From Cenococcum geophilum (Eukaryota): 64,000 nt of DNA. Every line of letters starts with the position of its first letter. The stretch's first letter is position 1. A program made the translations under genes and the position numbers. The stretch covers positions 11,408,001 through 11,472,000 of the forward strand of contig CP158635.1 of NCBI GenBank assembly GCA_050273025.1, written 5' to 3'. Below, piece by piece: positions 25,910 through 37,930 of the stretch. Below the pieces are notes generated by a model. The model did not search any database. It was not told where the DNA came from and saw only the letters and a list, made by a program, of their open reading frames with translations.

Positions 25910-27610
25910 CCTTTGCCTCCGAAAGCAATGCAACCCAGCACTCCCGCGATTTCCCGGATCACCGATTACGTTGTCCTGCATCGGGGGCAACAAGGGATTT
26001 CGGAGCAACTACCATCTAAGCCGGCATATACAAAGGCACCACCCCGACCAAGCGGGTGGGCTATCTGATTCTGCCAAAAAGGGACATGATCCTCTTGCAG
26101 AGAGAAAGAATAACAAAGAAGAGAGACGGATATAGCTATGGATAAAACCTCGCTATTGTTCTGCTTGCATAGAGGTTAGCAGAAAAAGCGAGGTTCAACA
26201 TAGAGGATTAAGGAAAGCTCTATCAGATCTCTCACCAAATACTGTTTGTAAACCACGCGACAGTGAGGATTGGAAAAGGCGTCCTCGTGCGCCAAGGACT
26301 TCATTTAGTTGCAGCGCGCGCTAAATACCGCCCCGTAGAAAGGATAAGCGTTTTGGGCCCCATCTAGAGCAACTCAACTCTAAGGATTGAGCGTATATAT
26401 CAATTTCTTATGGAATTCAAGCAATATTAAAATATTTGAATATTCGATCACGGCTATTGATTTCCGAAGCTCTGACTGGTTCATGCTTGTCGATACCAGA
26501 TGGACCCGAAACGGCGTGTTAAGGGATAGAAGGAACGAGTGAGCAGCTTCACCTATGATAATGCCTCTAGTCTTAACGTACAATAATTGAACTTTGGTTA
26601 AGCTACGACTAATTAAAAGGTTTTGTAAGCTCCGGATAATTAACTTCTATTAGCCTCTCTGGTTTTTCTATTTTTCCCACGAAATCCGCCAGTGTCTTAG
26701 GGTACCTCCCCCCTCCGTGCACGGTCCCACTTAATGCACACCAAAATCAACTATTGCCAAGCCTCGATTTGAGGCCGTAGAATCACATAGAGTTGATAAA
26801 ATCGTCTATATTTTTGATGTAGTAATCTACTAAGTTTCCTCATCCGAATGAGCTATTGTATAAGATTTTCCGACCGTAGGAAGTTGTTAAATTTAGTGTT
26901 GAGCGCGAGTAGCCCTGGATATAACCACTCCATCTATCTCCTTAATTGCGACCCTTAAAATAACAATAAGAAATTGCCTAGAAGCTTATTTATTCCGTCT
27001 ACCTCTTCTTATTAGCTTAAGGTCGTTTTAAAGCTATAGATTTACTACGCGAGCGTTTATAGCCTCCTCTCTCTAGCGGCGTTTTTTAGCTACCTCCTTC
27101 TCTCGTTAAACCTTGGCTTGTATTCTAGCCTGCTTCCTCTATACTATCGCAAGCTGTCGTTCTTCCTTTATAAGTTGCTTCTAAATCTTCTTATCCTGTC
27201 GGCGTACCTCCTCTTAGTGTTATAGTTGTTTGCGCTCCTCTTAAAGCTCTATTACTTGCTGGATCTTTAAGGGGCTAAAGAATATAGCCTTACAGTTAGT
27301 TTCTGCACGTAGTTTATTAAAAAGAGGCTTACTATAAGCTCTCTTCTTCTTCTTATTACTAAACGCCTTTTAGAGGCCCTTATTTTCTAAGCGGAGGAGA
27401 GTAATATTAGTGGTAAGCTTAAGAACTGTATTTTTAAGCTTTTTAGCCTGCGGCTCTATATAACCTTATTAACTACGTCTTGTAGAAGCCTGCACACCTT
27501 CCTCCAATTGCTTACTAAGAGGGCTAAGGTATTTAAGTCCCTTAATAAGGGCCAAGAGGCTATTTTGCCTTACTTTTATTGGGTCTTAATAGCGCTAAAA
27601 ATAACCTCTA

Positions 27611-29666
27611 CATCGGGAAAATATTCGCAGGCTGGGTTTCAAGTCGACTTTGTTAAGCGCGTTTCGCGTAATTGACATGCAGTTGACCAACTTGACACAT
27701 TCAAATGTTAAATGACACGCAGTTAACCAACTTGACACATTTAAAAGTCAAATAACACGCAGTTAACCAACTTGACATATTTAAAAGTTAAATAACACGC
27801 AATTAACCTATAATTGACTAACTTAACATATTTAAAAGTTAAATAATACGCAATTAACCAACTTATACATTCCTTAATATGCAATTAAGGTAATATAATA
27901 TATTATTTTTAAGTTATATGCTAATTGCAAGAGGCTCTGCACGAAGCTCTACACAAAGCTCTACACGAAGTTCTACACGAAGCTCTGCACGAAGCTCTGC
28001 ACGAAGCTCTGCACGAGGCTCTGCCAGAAGCTCTACACGAAGCTCTGCACGAAGCTCTGCACGAGGCTCCGCACGAAGCTCTGCACGAGGCTCTGCACGA
28101 AGCTCTGCACGAGGCTCTGCACGAAGCTCTACACGAAGCTCTGCACGAAGCTCTGCGTACAGAGGCTCTGCACGAGGCTCTGCACGAAGCTCTACACGAA
28201 GCTCTACACGAAGCTCTACGTACAGAGGCTCTGCACAAGGCTCTGCACGAGGCTCTGCGCGAAGCTCTGCGTACGGAGGCTCTACACGAAGCTCTGTACC
28301 GGGTCCCCGCTATATTCCGATAGCCTACACGTGCCTCTGCCACGTATACCTCTGTAGCCACCTTATTTTTTACCCATCTTTCCTTACATTCTCCCTACCT
28401 AGGGAGGCACCAGAACGGCAGCTAGTAGAGGACTGTCGCCAGAACTAGATAACCGTCGCCAGAACCAGACGACCGTCGCTAGAACCAGACGACCGTCGCC
28501 AGAACCAGACGACCGTTGCCAGAACCAGACGACGACCGTTCGAACGACCAGCCAGCAAACACCACAAACAATTTAATTAATTGATTGATCGAATTAAACC
28601 AGAGCTTTAATATCGGCCCGTCACCAAATCGAATTAAGACCTCCTAGGGAGGCACCCCAGACGACTACCGTTTGAATGTACAGCCAGCGAACGGCTATAG
28701 AGAACGATTCGAATCAATAAGAGCCTTCGATCAGGCCTACTCCTCCCCCGAATTGAACTAGACACTGACGCAGGCAGGCAGGCAGGCAGGCAGGTAGGTA
28801 GGTAGGTAGGTAGGTAGGTAGGTAGGTAGGTAGGTAGGTAGGCAGACAGGTAGGTAGGTAGGCAGGTAGGAGAGAACCGTCGCCAGAACCAGAGACCGTC
28901 GCCAGAACTAGACGACCGTCGCCAGAGCTAGATGACCGTCGCCGTCGCCAGACGACCGTCGCCAGAGCTAGACGACCGTTACCAGAACCAGACGATGACC
29001 GTTCGAACAACCAGCCAGCGAATACTACAAACGATTTAATTAATCGATTGATCGAATTGAACCAGAGCTTTAATATTAGCCCGTCACTAAATTAAATTAA
29101 GGCCTCCTAGGAAAGCACCTTAGACAACTACCGTTTAAATATATAGCCAGCAAACGATTTAAATAAAGCAGAGCCTTTAATTAGGCCGACCCCTCCCCTA
29201 AATCTAAATTTAACACTAATATAGGTAGGCAGGCAAGCAGGTAAATAAGTAGGTAGGTAAGTAGGTAGGTAGACAGACAGGTAGGCAGGTAGGTAGGTAG
29301 GTAGGTAGGTAGATAGGCAGGCAGGTAGGTAGGCAGGTAGGTAAGTTAGTAGGTAAATAGGTAGAAGAAAACCATCGCTATATTATATTAAATTATCTAA
29401 AATAATAATTTACCTTACTAGCCTTATAAACGGCTTTAAAGTAGCCTTTATTATCTAAAATTATAAGTTATATAGGTTGCGCAGGTTGTGTAGGTTGCGC
29501 AGGTTACACAGGTTACGCAGGCTATGCGCAGGCTGCGCGCAGGCTGCGTGTCAAATGAACTCGACATAGGCTGGTTTATCAAGTTGGTTAATGCCCTTAA
29601 TGGCCCGCCAACGACGCCAACTTCTAGCAGCTGAGGTCATTTACAAGGGACAATATTTTGCCGATG
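27611..29666. mobile_element. Non-autonomous TIR element packed with tandem repeats, nested in the Pogo transposase
   Basis: TA|CATCGGGAAAATATT ... AATATTTTGCCGATG|TA. Flanks rejoin as transposase TGLNPLN(L)EVI. Confidence 0.8.
27928..28298. repeat. 12-bp tandem repeat (GAAGCTCTGCAC variants)
   Basis: Directly visible; produces the HEAL/SARS/RASC low-complexity ORFs. Confidence 0.9.
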
Positions 29667-30515
29667 TAGATTAAGTGGATTTAGCCCAGTATCTGCCCAC
29701 CTACTAAGTATATTATTTCTAGTAAAGGCCCTATTATAGGCAGCCTAAAATAGACGGAAGAAATCGCGTTTTATAATAGAAGAGAGGCCCTAACTCTTAT
29801 AAATAAGATTATTAAGTTCTTAGCTATAATACGTGCTAAAAGAAGAGAAGAGGCTATAGTTAGTAGGTTAAATAAGGCGGAAATATAGTTACTAATATCC
29901 TATGCTATTAACTCTAGTTAAGGAACTTTATATTAATATAAGATCCGTGCCTATCTAATATTAAGAGCCTCTAGGATCTTCTGTTTCTAGCCTTTTTCTT
30001 TATTTCTATATTAAAGAGGTTAGTAAGCTATAAGAATCCTATCTCCTTATTCGCCTAACCCGTTATAGTAGATAAGAAAAAGACCCGGTATTATTTAGGG
30101 TTAAAATCTTAAAGCTAGGAGTCCTAAAGGTTGCTAGAAATAGCTTAATAAATTAGGCTTAGGGGGAGGCTTATTCCGTTAGCGCAGATACTTATAATTA
30201 CTGTAATCCACTTTCTATTACCGTCTTAACTAGCGCTAAGAAGCTTACCTTAAACTGCTTCTAACTTAGTATAGATTCTCTTGCCCTTATTAAGTACCCT
30301 AATAAGAAAGCCTTTTTTATCCATATTATATATATTATGCACTTTAATCTCATACTTTTTAAACTTCTCCCCTAATAACTCGTAAAAGAGCTTGTATTAA
30401 TATAAATTATTAGCCCTTTTGCGGGCTATATTAGCCGGGGCTAAATAGCTTAATTTTATCTTATCCTTATGGCGCTTAATAAACCGCGAAACCTAGTTCT
30501 TTCTAGGCGTCATTC

Positions 30516-33500
30516 TGTTAGCGACTTAGTCAATCGAGGCACGAGTACGGCAAGAGGGACGCGCAAGCCTGTACGATTGGTAGTCTATAAACGAAGATCT
30601 AAAGCTAGAGAAAGGAAAGGAGAAGAAGAGCAGCGCCGGTCGAAGTAGGGTTCTTTTATGCGGTCCTCTAGTCACGTAACCGCGAAGTTCTGCCAAGTTC
30701 TGCTAGTGCCGTAATATTACCCCCCCCTCCGCAAAAGCCTGCCCTTAGGCTTTATAGTCCGTATTATGCTTATAGGGCATTCTTATCTTTATATTCTTCC
30801 GGTAGCTTATTATCTTCGCTATACTAGCACTCTATTTACTTGTCTAGGTACTTTAGGGGTTCTGGTTTATTAGGGTAGCGGTTATAGAATTCTTAAAGCT
30901 TATAGGGACTGCTAATAAAGTTCCATATTGGGTACTAGGTAGGATCTGGGTTATAGCCTTTTTAACTAACGCGGTACTTTAGCGTTTTCCTTACTAGTTT
31001 ACAGGCTAGTACTTCTTTAATTTCCTATTTGTTGTCGCCATTAACTTAAATTGGTAGGGGAGGTTCGTTCTTTTGTTTAGGCAATAGGTTGTTTATAGCT
31101 TTCCATAGCTTATCTAGCGAGAAAATAGGGTAAACCTTAATCGAATCTGGGAGCTTTACTTTGTATAAGTTACCTATCTTCTTAAGGACTTTATACGGTC
31201 CCGCTATCTAATAGTTTAGCTTATAGCTAGGCTATTCCGTCTTCTAGTTCTTTATTATAACCTAGACTATATCGCCTATAGTAAAGTCAGGTTCGCGCCT
31301 ATGCTTATTTACTTGCTATTCTATTAATTTTTAGGCCTTTTTTAGATTTATATAGGCTACTGTCTAGGCTTCCTCTAAGCGCTTGGCGTACTACTAGGCT
31401 TCCTTATAAGATAGTTTCTCGCGTACGGTCTGTGGTCCTTCTGGTCTATCCTAGTTAAAGCTTATTTAGGGTAAATACCCTATTTCTAGTTAGATAGGTG
31501 CAAATTCTATAGAGTTATAGGGTAGGGTTGCCTGGGCGTAGTTTATTAGGGGTAGTAGTTTGCCCTAGTTATCCTAGAAGTAGTTAATAAAAGGCCGGAG
31601 TCTCTAATCTAAATATTAATTTATAATCTCCGTCTAGCCGTCTATCTGGGGGTAGTATGCTATAGAGAGCTTTAGCCTAATACCTAGGATCTGGGTAAAC
31701 TCGTTCTAGAAGGCCGATATAAATTACGGGCTATAATTGGATATAATAGTATCTAGTGGTCTGTAAATACGGTAGACGTAGTAGATATATAGTTAGGCCG
31801 CCTCCTTAGTATTAATATTCTTATAATAGGGAATTAAGAACGGGCGCTTACTAAAGCGGTTAACTAGAATTATAACTATATTATATCCGTCGCGGTCTAT
31901 TAGTAGCTTATAGAAGTCTATAGAGATATACTGCTAGGGGCGGTTGGGTATTAGGAGAGGTTTTAATAGTCCTAGGGTCTTATTTTATGGAATTATAGAT
32001 CTACGGCAGCTATTGTAGTTCTGTATATAATAATTAATATCTATAACTATTCCGGGCTAGTAGTAGCGGTTACTAATAATCTTATAGGTTTTATTTTTTT
32101 TAGGGTAGGCCGTAAAGACCTAGGTATGAGCTTTGGCAATAAGCTGGGTCTATAAGTTCTGTTTTTTAGCTACTACTAACTATTTCTAGTGCTTAAGTAG
32201 TCCGTTTTTAAGGGACTATAGGCTAATAACGTTCTTTACCTTTTTACGGTATTCCTATAGAGAGGGGGTTGTTTAGTTAGCCTGTAGTAGTTTATTAATA
32301 AGGTTAAGTTTAGAGGAGTTAATAGGATATATCTTGGCGCCTAAGGAGTCCGTGCTTAATTCTGCCCGTATCTAGGGGTTAAGGTATTTTGGTTATAGTA
32401 GCGTCTGGGTCTATAGTAAGATCTTCGCAGCCGTCTAGTTATCTAGATTTTACTTACGCCTTATAAGAGCGTCCGCACGGTTTATAGCGCCTAGTCTATA
32501 TATAATTAAGAAGTTAAACTAAGATAGGGTATCCGCCTAGCGTGCCTGCTAGGCTATAAGGGCCTTGGTTATTATAAAGTATTCTAGGGCCTTATAATCT
32601 AAAACTACCTTAATCGGCTTAGGGGTTCCCTCTAGCTATATATGCTAGTGCTAAAAGCTAGAGATAATAGCCAGCATTTCTTTATTATAGATGTAGTAAT
32701 TTAGCTTAGCATTTATTATAGTCTTTAAATAGTATATAATAGGGTGCCACTCTCCATCCGGTTACTTCTAGGAAAAAATACTAGCTATTATGCCGTCTAA
32801 GGCATTAGTTTCTAGTATTAAGGGCCGTTCTAGGTTAAAATAGGCAAGTAGGGGAGTTAATACTAGCCGTTTTTTAAGCTTATTAAAGGCCTGCCTATAT
32901 ATAGCGTTAAAGTGGAAGGGCTGGTCTTTTCTAGTAAGACGGTTAAGAGGCTAGGCAATTTTGTTATAGTTTTTAATAAAGCATTAATAGAAGTTATAAA
33001 ACCCTAAAAAGGATTATACCCCCTTTACGGTCCGTAGGGGTGCCTACTAGTTAATTGCGGCCGTTTTCTCTAAGTCGGTTTTAATTCCGTCTATACTAAT
33101 AATAAAACCTAGGTACTTTATACGCTTAATACTAAACTCTAACTTCTTAATATTAACCTGGAGGCTAGCCTTATGGAGCCGTTATAGGACTTTATAGATA
33201 TGCTCCTCGTATTTTAGCTCGTTTTTAGAGTAGATTATAATATTATCTAAATAGGCCGTATAGAAATCGTTAAGGTAGTTAAAGAGTACATTATTTATAT
33301 ACCGCTGGTACGTAGCTAGTCCGTTAGTTAGTCTAAAAAGGGAGCACTTTATATTTATATGTTCCGTAATGGGTCTAAAATATAGTAAGATCTTTAGACC
33401 TAGGGTCTATTCTAATTTAGTAAAAGGCCTAGTAGATATTAAGCTTTATAAAGACCTTAGCTTTACTTATTTAGGCTAGAGTTTTATTAAGTAGGGGTAG

Positions 33501-36367
33501 CGGATAGCGATCCTTATAGGTTATATTATTTAGCTTATAGTAGTTAATATAGAAGCGAAGTCCTCTATTTAGCTTTTTAATAAAGAGAATAGGTAAGGTA
33601 AAAGGGGCTTAGCTAGGCTCAATAAAGCCCTTATTTAGGTTATTAATAAGATACTGCTTTATAGCCTACAATTCGGTAATAGACTACTTATAGAGGGGGC
33701 TAAAGCTAAGGGTGTTTTCTTTACCCTGCTTAATCTTAATCTTATAGTTATATAGTCAGTAAGATAGAAGTATATTAGACGCTACTTTAGAGAATATATT
33801 CTTAAATTTCTAGTATTAATAGGGCAGCTTTTATTCTACTAGTTCCTTATCTATAAGCTTACTTTCTTATCCGCTAAGCTTATTTCCCTTTTCCTTAATT
33901 ATTTAATTAATTTTATATAAGCTTGTTGTAAAGGTAACAGTATTAGGCTAAATTAAGTTCTAGTAGAATTCTACGGCACTAATACAGCAGATATTAACTA
34001 GTGGGAGGTTTGCTGGTTTCCTTACAGCCGTTTTCTAGACCGTATTTTACGGTCTAGGGTTTATAATCTTTCTTAGCTCCTATTTTATCTTCTATAGGTT
34101 ATCCCTCTAATCTATTAGTTTAGTATAATATCTAATATCCCTTACTATTCTTTGTAGCTATATAGGGCCTAAGCTCTCTATAGGGGGCTTTTCTAGGTTA
34201 TTATTAACTTTCTAGGTCTTTAATATGGGTAGCGTAATATAGGTAGTTTAGGGGCGATATAGTATACGGATCTGTTGCGAATTAAGCTGTATATCTTTTT
34301 TAAAGGCCTAGTCCCTATATATAGCATTAGCCTAGTAAATAGTATTAATCTAGGGCCGTATAAGGTTTTCTATTATAATACTAATTTCTTTTATAAAGGA
34401 AGGGGTTAGGGGTAGAGTTTTGGGCTAGGTAAGCCGTTTACTCCGTACGTTAAGCTATAAGCCTAAATAGGCTAGCTATTTTCGCCTTAAGATTATATTA
34501 TAGCTACCTAGGTCCGTAATAAGGAAGGGGGCGTTATACTACCTTCGTCCGTTAATATAGAGGTAAATCTATAAGATAGTCGTAATAGGTGGTTCTATTT
34601 GCCTATTATACCTATAAATAGGAATTAGTTTAGGTAGTTCTTTAATAGGTGTATTTAGAAAGTTAGCTAGCTTTATGGTATACTAGGTATCTATTAAGGT
34701 AAAGGTATTTACTCTAAAGTTAGCTAAAGTAGAGGTTAAAACTTAGTATCTATTACGGAATAAAGTATAAGGGATAGTGCAGCTTTTTTTACTAATTAGC
34801 TAACCTAGATTAACATCTAACATATTAATCCCTTTTAACCCTAGAGAGGAGTCTTCCTCTAGGGTTCCTCTTTTTCTGACTCCGCGCTATCCTCTTAAAT
34901 TAATAGAACCTCGTCCGCTTTCGCGTTTATTAGGTAATCCTTTATATAGTGACCTTTTTATCCGTAAGAGAAGCAAGCTCCTTAATTACTAAGGGCCTAT
35001 ATATGGGGGTTACTATACGTAGGCCGAGTATTCGCTGGACCTATAGTAGGGCTAGCCGCACGGCTGGCTGCTAAATTGGTGGTAGGCTATATAGGTAGTG
35101 CTACGGGGGTTACTAATCGTGCTAGGGTATTACGGGCCGTTCTTATATTGCTTATAGTCTAATTTAAAGGGTTTCTAGCTTTATACCGTTTGGCACATAC
35201 CTTAATTCGGTAGAGGCCTTAGTTAATAGCTGAGCACTAGTCCGTAAGTTCCTTTAGCGTTTATATAATAATAAAAACTAGTAGTATGGCTTGCTGTAGG
35301 TCTAGGGTAAGCTTATTAAATAGGTCTAGTATTAGATCTTCCTAGGGAATTTGAGCCTGGCCGGCTAGGTGTAGAAAGCGGGTCTAAAAGGCTAAGAAGG
35401 TCTCTGTTGTTTTTATATTTAGGCTTTTATAATTAAGTCGAGCGTTTTATACTTTAAAGGGGTCCTTATAAATAGAAGACAGGTAGACGATTATCTCTTC
35501 TTTAGAGAGGAAGGGCTCTGCCGAGTCCTATACGTACCGCGGACATAGGTATGTCTATATGTCCCCGCCAGTACGGCTGAAGATATAGGCTATTTTAGCC
35601 TAAGTGGTAGGGAAGTGGTCCGTATTAACTTTGAGCTTATTCTGTAATTAAAGCTTCTAATTATTAAATATAGGGTCGGTTCCGTCTATAAGCAATAGGG
35701 GGTCCGTGACCTTTGTAGACTATAATAATGCTAATACTATACGTTGGGCTAGAGCCTTAAGGACTGTAGTAAGTCTCTAGGTGTTTAATAATTCCTTACT
35801 AGGCATAGGGGGTTCTCTAGCTTTAAGTAGCTCTTAAAGTTGTTTAATTTTAGCATTAGCTACTGCGAGCTCTACTTAGGAGTTTGAGTTAGTTGCTGTT
35901 TCACTATTAGAGGTATTTAAGGGTCCTACGGCTGCTTTACCGGCTGCTGTATTTCTTAGCATTATGGTACAGTTATTAGGGTAACCTCTGGTAGGATTCT
36001 ATAGGGGTTCTGGTTTATGCGTATTCTATAGGTCTTATTATTCTTTTTTATTCTTCTAGTTTTAGTAATATTCTTTAGGTCTAATTCTATGTTCTATTCT
36101 AGTTCGTGGTCCATAAATATATTTAAGTTCCTTTTTAGGAAGAAAGGGTAGTTAAGCTTTAGATAATATTAGCGACTTAGTTAATCAAGACACAAGTACG
36201 GCAAGAGGGACGCGTAAGCCTGTATAATTGGTAGTCTATAAACGAAGATCTAAAGCTAGAGAAAGGAAAGGAGAAGAAGAGCAGCGCCGGTCGAAGTAGG
36301 GTTCTTTTATGCGGTCCTCTAGTCACGTGACCGCGAAGTTCTGCCAAGTTCTGCCAGTGCCGTAACA
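30516..36367 (-). mobile_element. Full-length Ty3/Gypsy chromovirus-type LTR retrotransposon, RIP-inactivated
   Basis: 201-bp LTRs 30516-30716 and 36167-36367. 5-bp TSD CATTC. Polypurine tract next to the left LTR on the minus strand. RT YLDNI (from YLDDI) ~33240. Chromodomain remnant EIKEVLACKL...YRVS*KGYNPDPT*YP ~30930-31025. Confidence 0.93.
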
Positions 36368-37930
36368 CATTCTCAAGATCTTAAAGGTGAAATTTCGCAC
36401 CATTTAAGGTATAGGAGGTAGGCTACGTTTAGTAAGAAGATTAATATACCCAAGAAGAGTCCTTTCCTGCTATATTAATAGAAGAGATTTTATTTCCGTC
36501 GCATTCTCTCTGGCGCGAGTAATCTGCCGATAACGCCGCGAAAGCGTAGTACGATTGACATTGAATTCTTTGGCTGTCCGAGTGTAATTAGGAGGATCTT
36601 GTAGTTCCAATGCAGCAAGAGCGGCGTCAATTGGGTACATTTTGATTGTATACGATAGAGTTGAATTTTTGGTGATTTTGGATTTTGGTGTGCATTGAGT
36701 GGGACCGTGCACGGAGGGGGGAGGTACCCTAATGAACGGAAGTAGATGGAATTTCGCCTAAGTCCTGTTAACGAAGCAATAAAGAAGCAACAAAGCAACA
36801 TACTATCTCTCTAGGTCCTAGAGGCCACGAACATTCCCTGTAAGACCTGTAGATATAGCATCTACCCTTCCGGACAGGGTATGCGGCAGGGCTTTATGCA
36901 GAGTAACCAGGGTGGGGTCACTCCTCGCTCCACAACGCCATGGAACCAGCCAGTTCCTCCCACCGCCAAGTGGATGACGGTGACGGCTCAAATGAAATTT
37001 GTGGATAAAAAAGTCATGACTTACAATTCCAAACACTATACATATACCAAGATAGATTCAGGGTTATTAGATATTCTGCTCTACTTCGGTTTGGATTGCA
37101 GTATTACCACCTCCAACATGATTCACGTGGATAACCTCTCCCTGGTTCTAGTGACGGAATATAGCTGAGCGGTAGAAGGTTGTAAGTAGGCTTATCTGGA
37201 GTGAAACTGACAGCTAAGCCTCACATACGGCTGTCTTCAGCCTTTTCAACTCGTAGGCCACGGGTTGTAGGCTGATTGTTCACGCACGATAAGGAGGGAT
37301 ACTAGGAAGGTATCTGCATAAGGACTAAAATTAGTAAAGAGAAAAGTCCTACTCGCCATCAATTTAGCTCTGGAATAAGCCTCAAAAGATCTTTACATGC
37401 TAAATAGATTTGTGAAAACATGAGTTTGCGCGTCATAGATCTTCGATCAGCTAGTGGTCAAGGACCGCAGCAGAGATTAGACGAGTCAAATCGCGAATGA
37501 GCCAATAAATAGCTACATCTCTGTTGGATCAACACGTTTTGTAACGAAACAGGCTCTAATCTCCAACCGTTAGTAGGACCATTGTCTAATCAAAGCGCAA
37601 GTGCGCCCTGCGGGAAGCCGAGACTTAGGCAGAGTGGCTGAGCAGCAAGTCCACTTCCAATCGGAGCTTCACATAGCCTCAGCCTTGCACTTCAACAGTC
37701 TTTTAACGACAGCGACCCCTTTTAACCTCAAACAGCCCTCTCAGCTCTTCTCTCTTATGGAGAATCTGGAGAAAACCCTCTGCGTGATAAGAATACATAT
37801 ATCCGTTCTTCTCTGATGGAATGCGTCTTCTGACCAGTGCCGGCGGCAAGCACGGTTGGAATATGACACTGACGGCATTACAACGACTATCGAAGCAACA
37901 CCACATCCAGGAACCCCACAGCTCTCAAAA

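Larger units (their letters stand above)
26700..36729 (-). mobile_element. Pogo/Fot1-type (Tc1/mariner) DNA transposon, RIP-degraded, with two nested insertions
   Basis: ~50-bp TIRs GGGTACCTCCCCCCTCCGTGCACGGTCCCACT.AATGCACACCAAAATC with TA on both flanks. Transposase start MYPIDAALAAL...NRTTLSRR at 36640. Length without inserts ~2.1 kb. Confidence 0.9.

Noticed and set aside
27918..28448. HEAL/SARS/RASC repeat ORFs as real proteins
   Set aside because: By-products of a stop-free 12-bp tandem repeat inside a TIR element; open on both strands with no unique coding flanks.
15700..36731. Starship giant transposon carrying the vWA and HeLo-like genes
   Set aside because: No DUF3435 captain recombinase or matching boundary repeats found; the flanking repeats resolve into ordinary TE classes.
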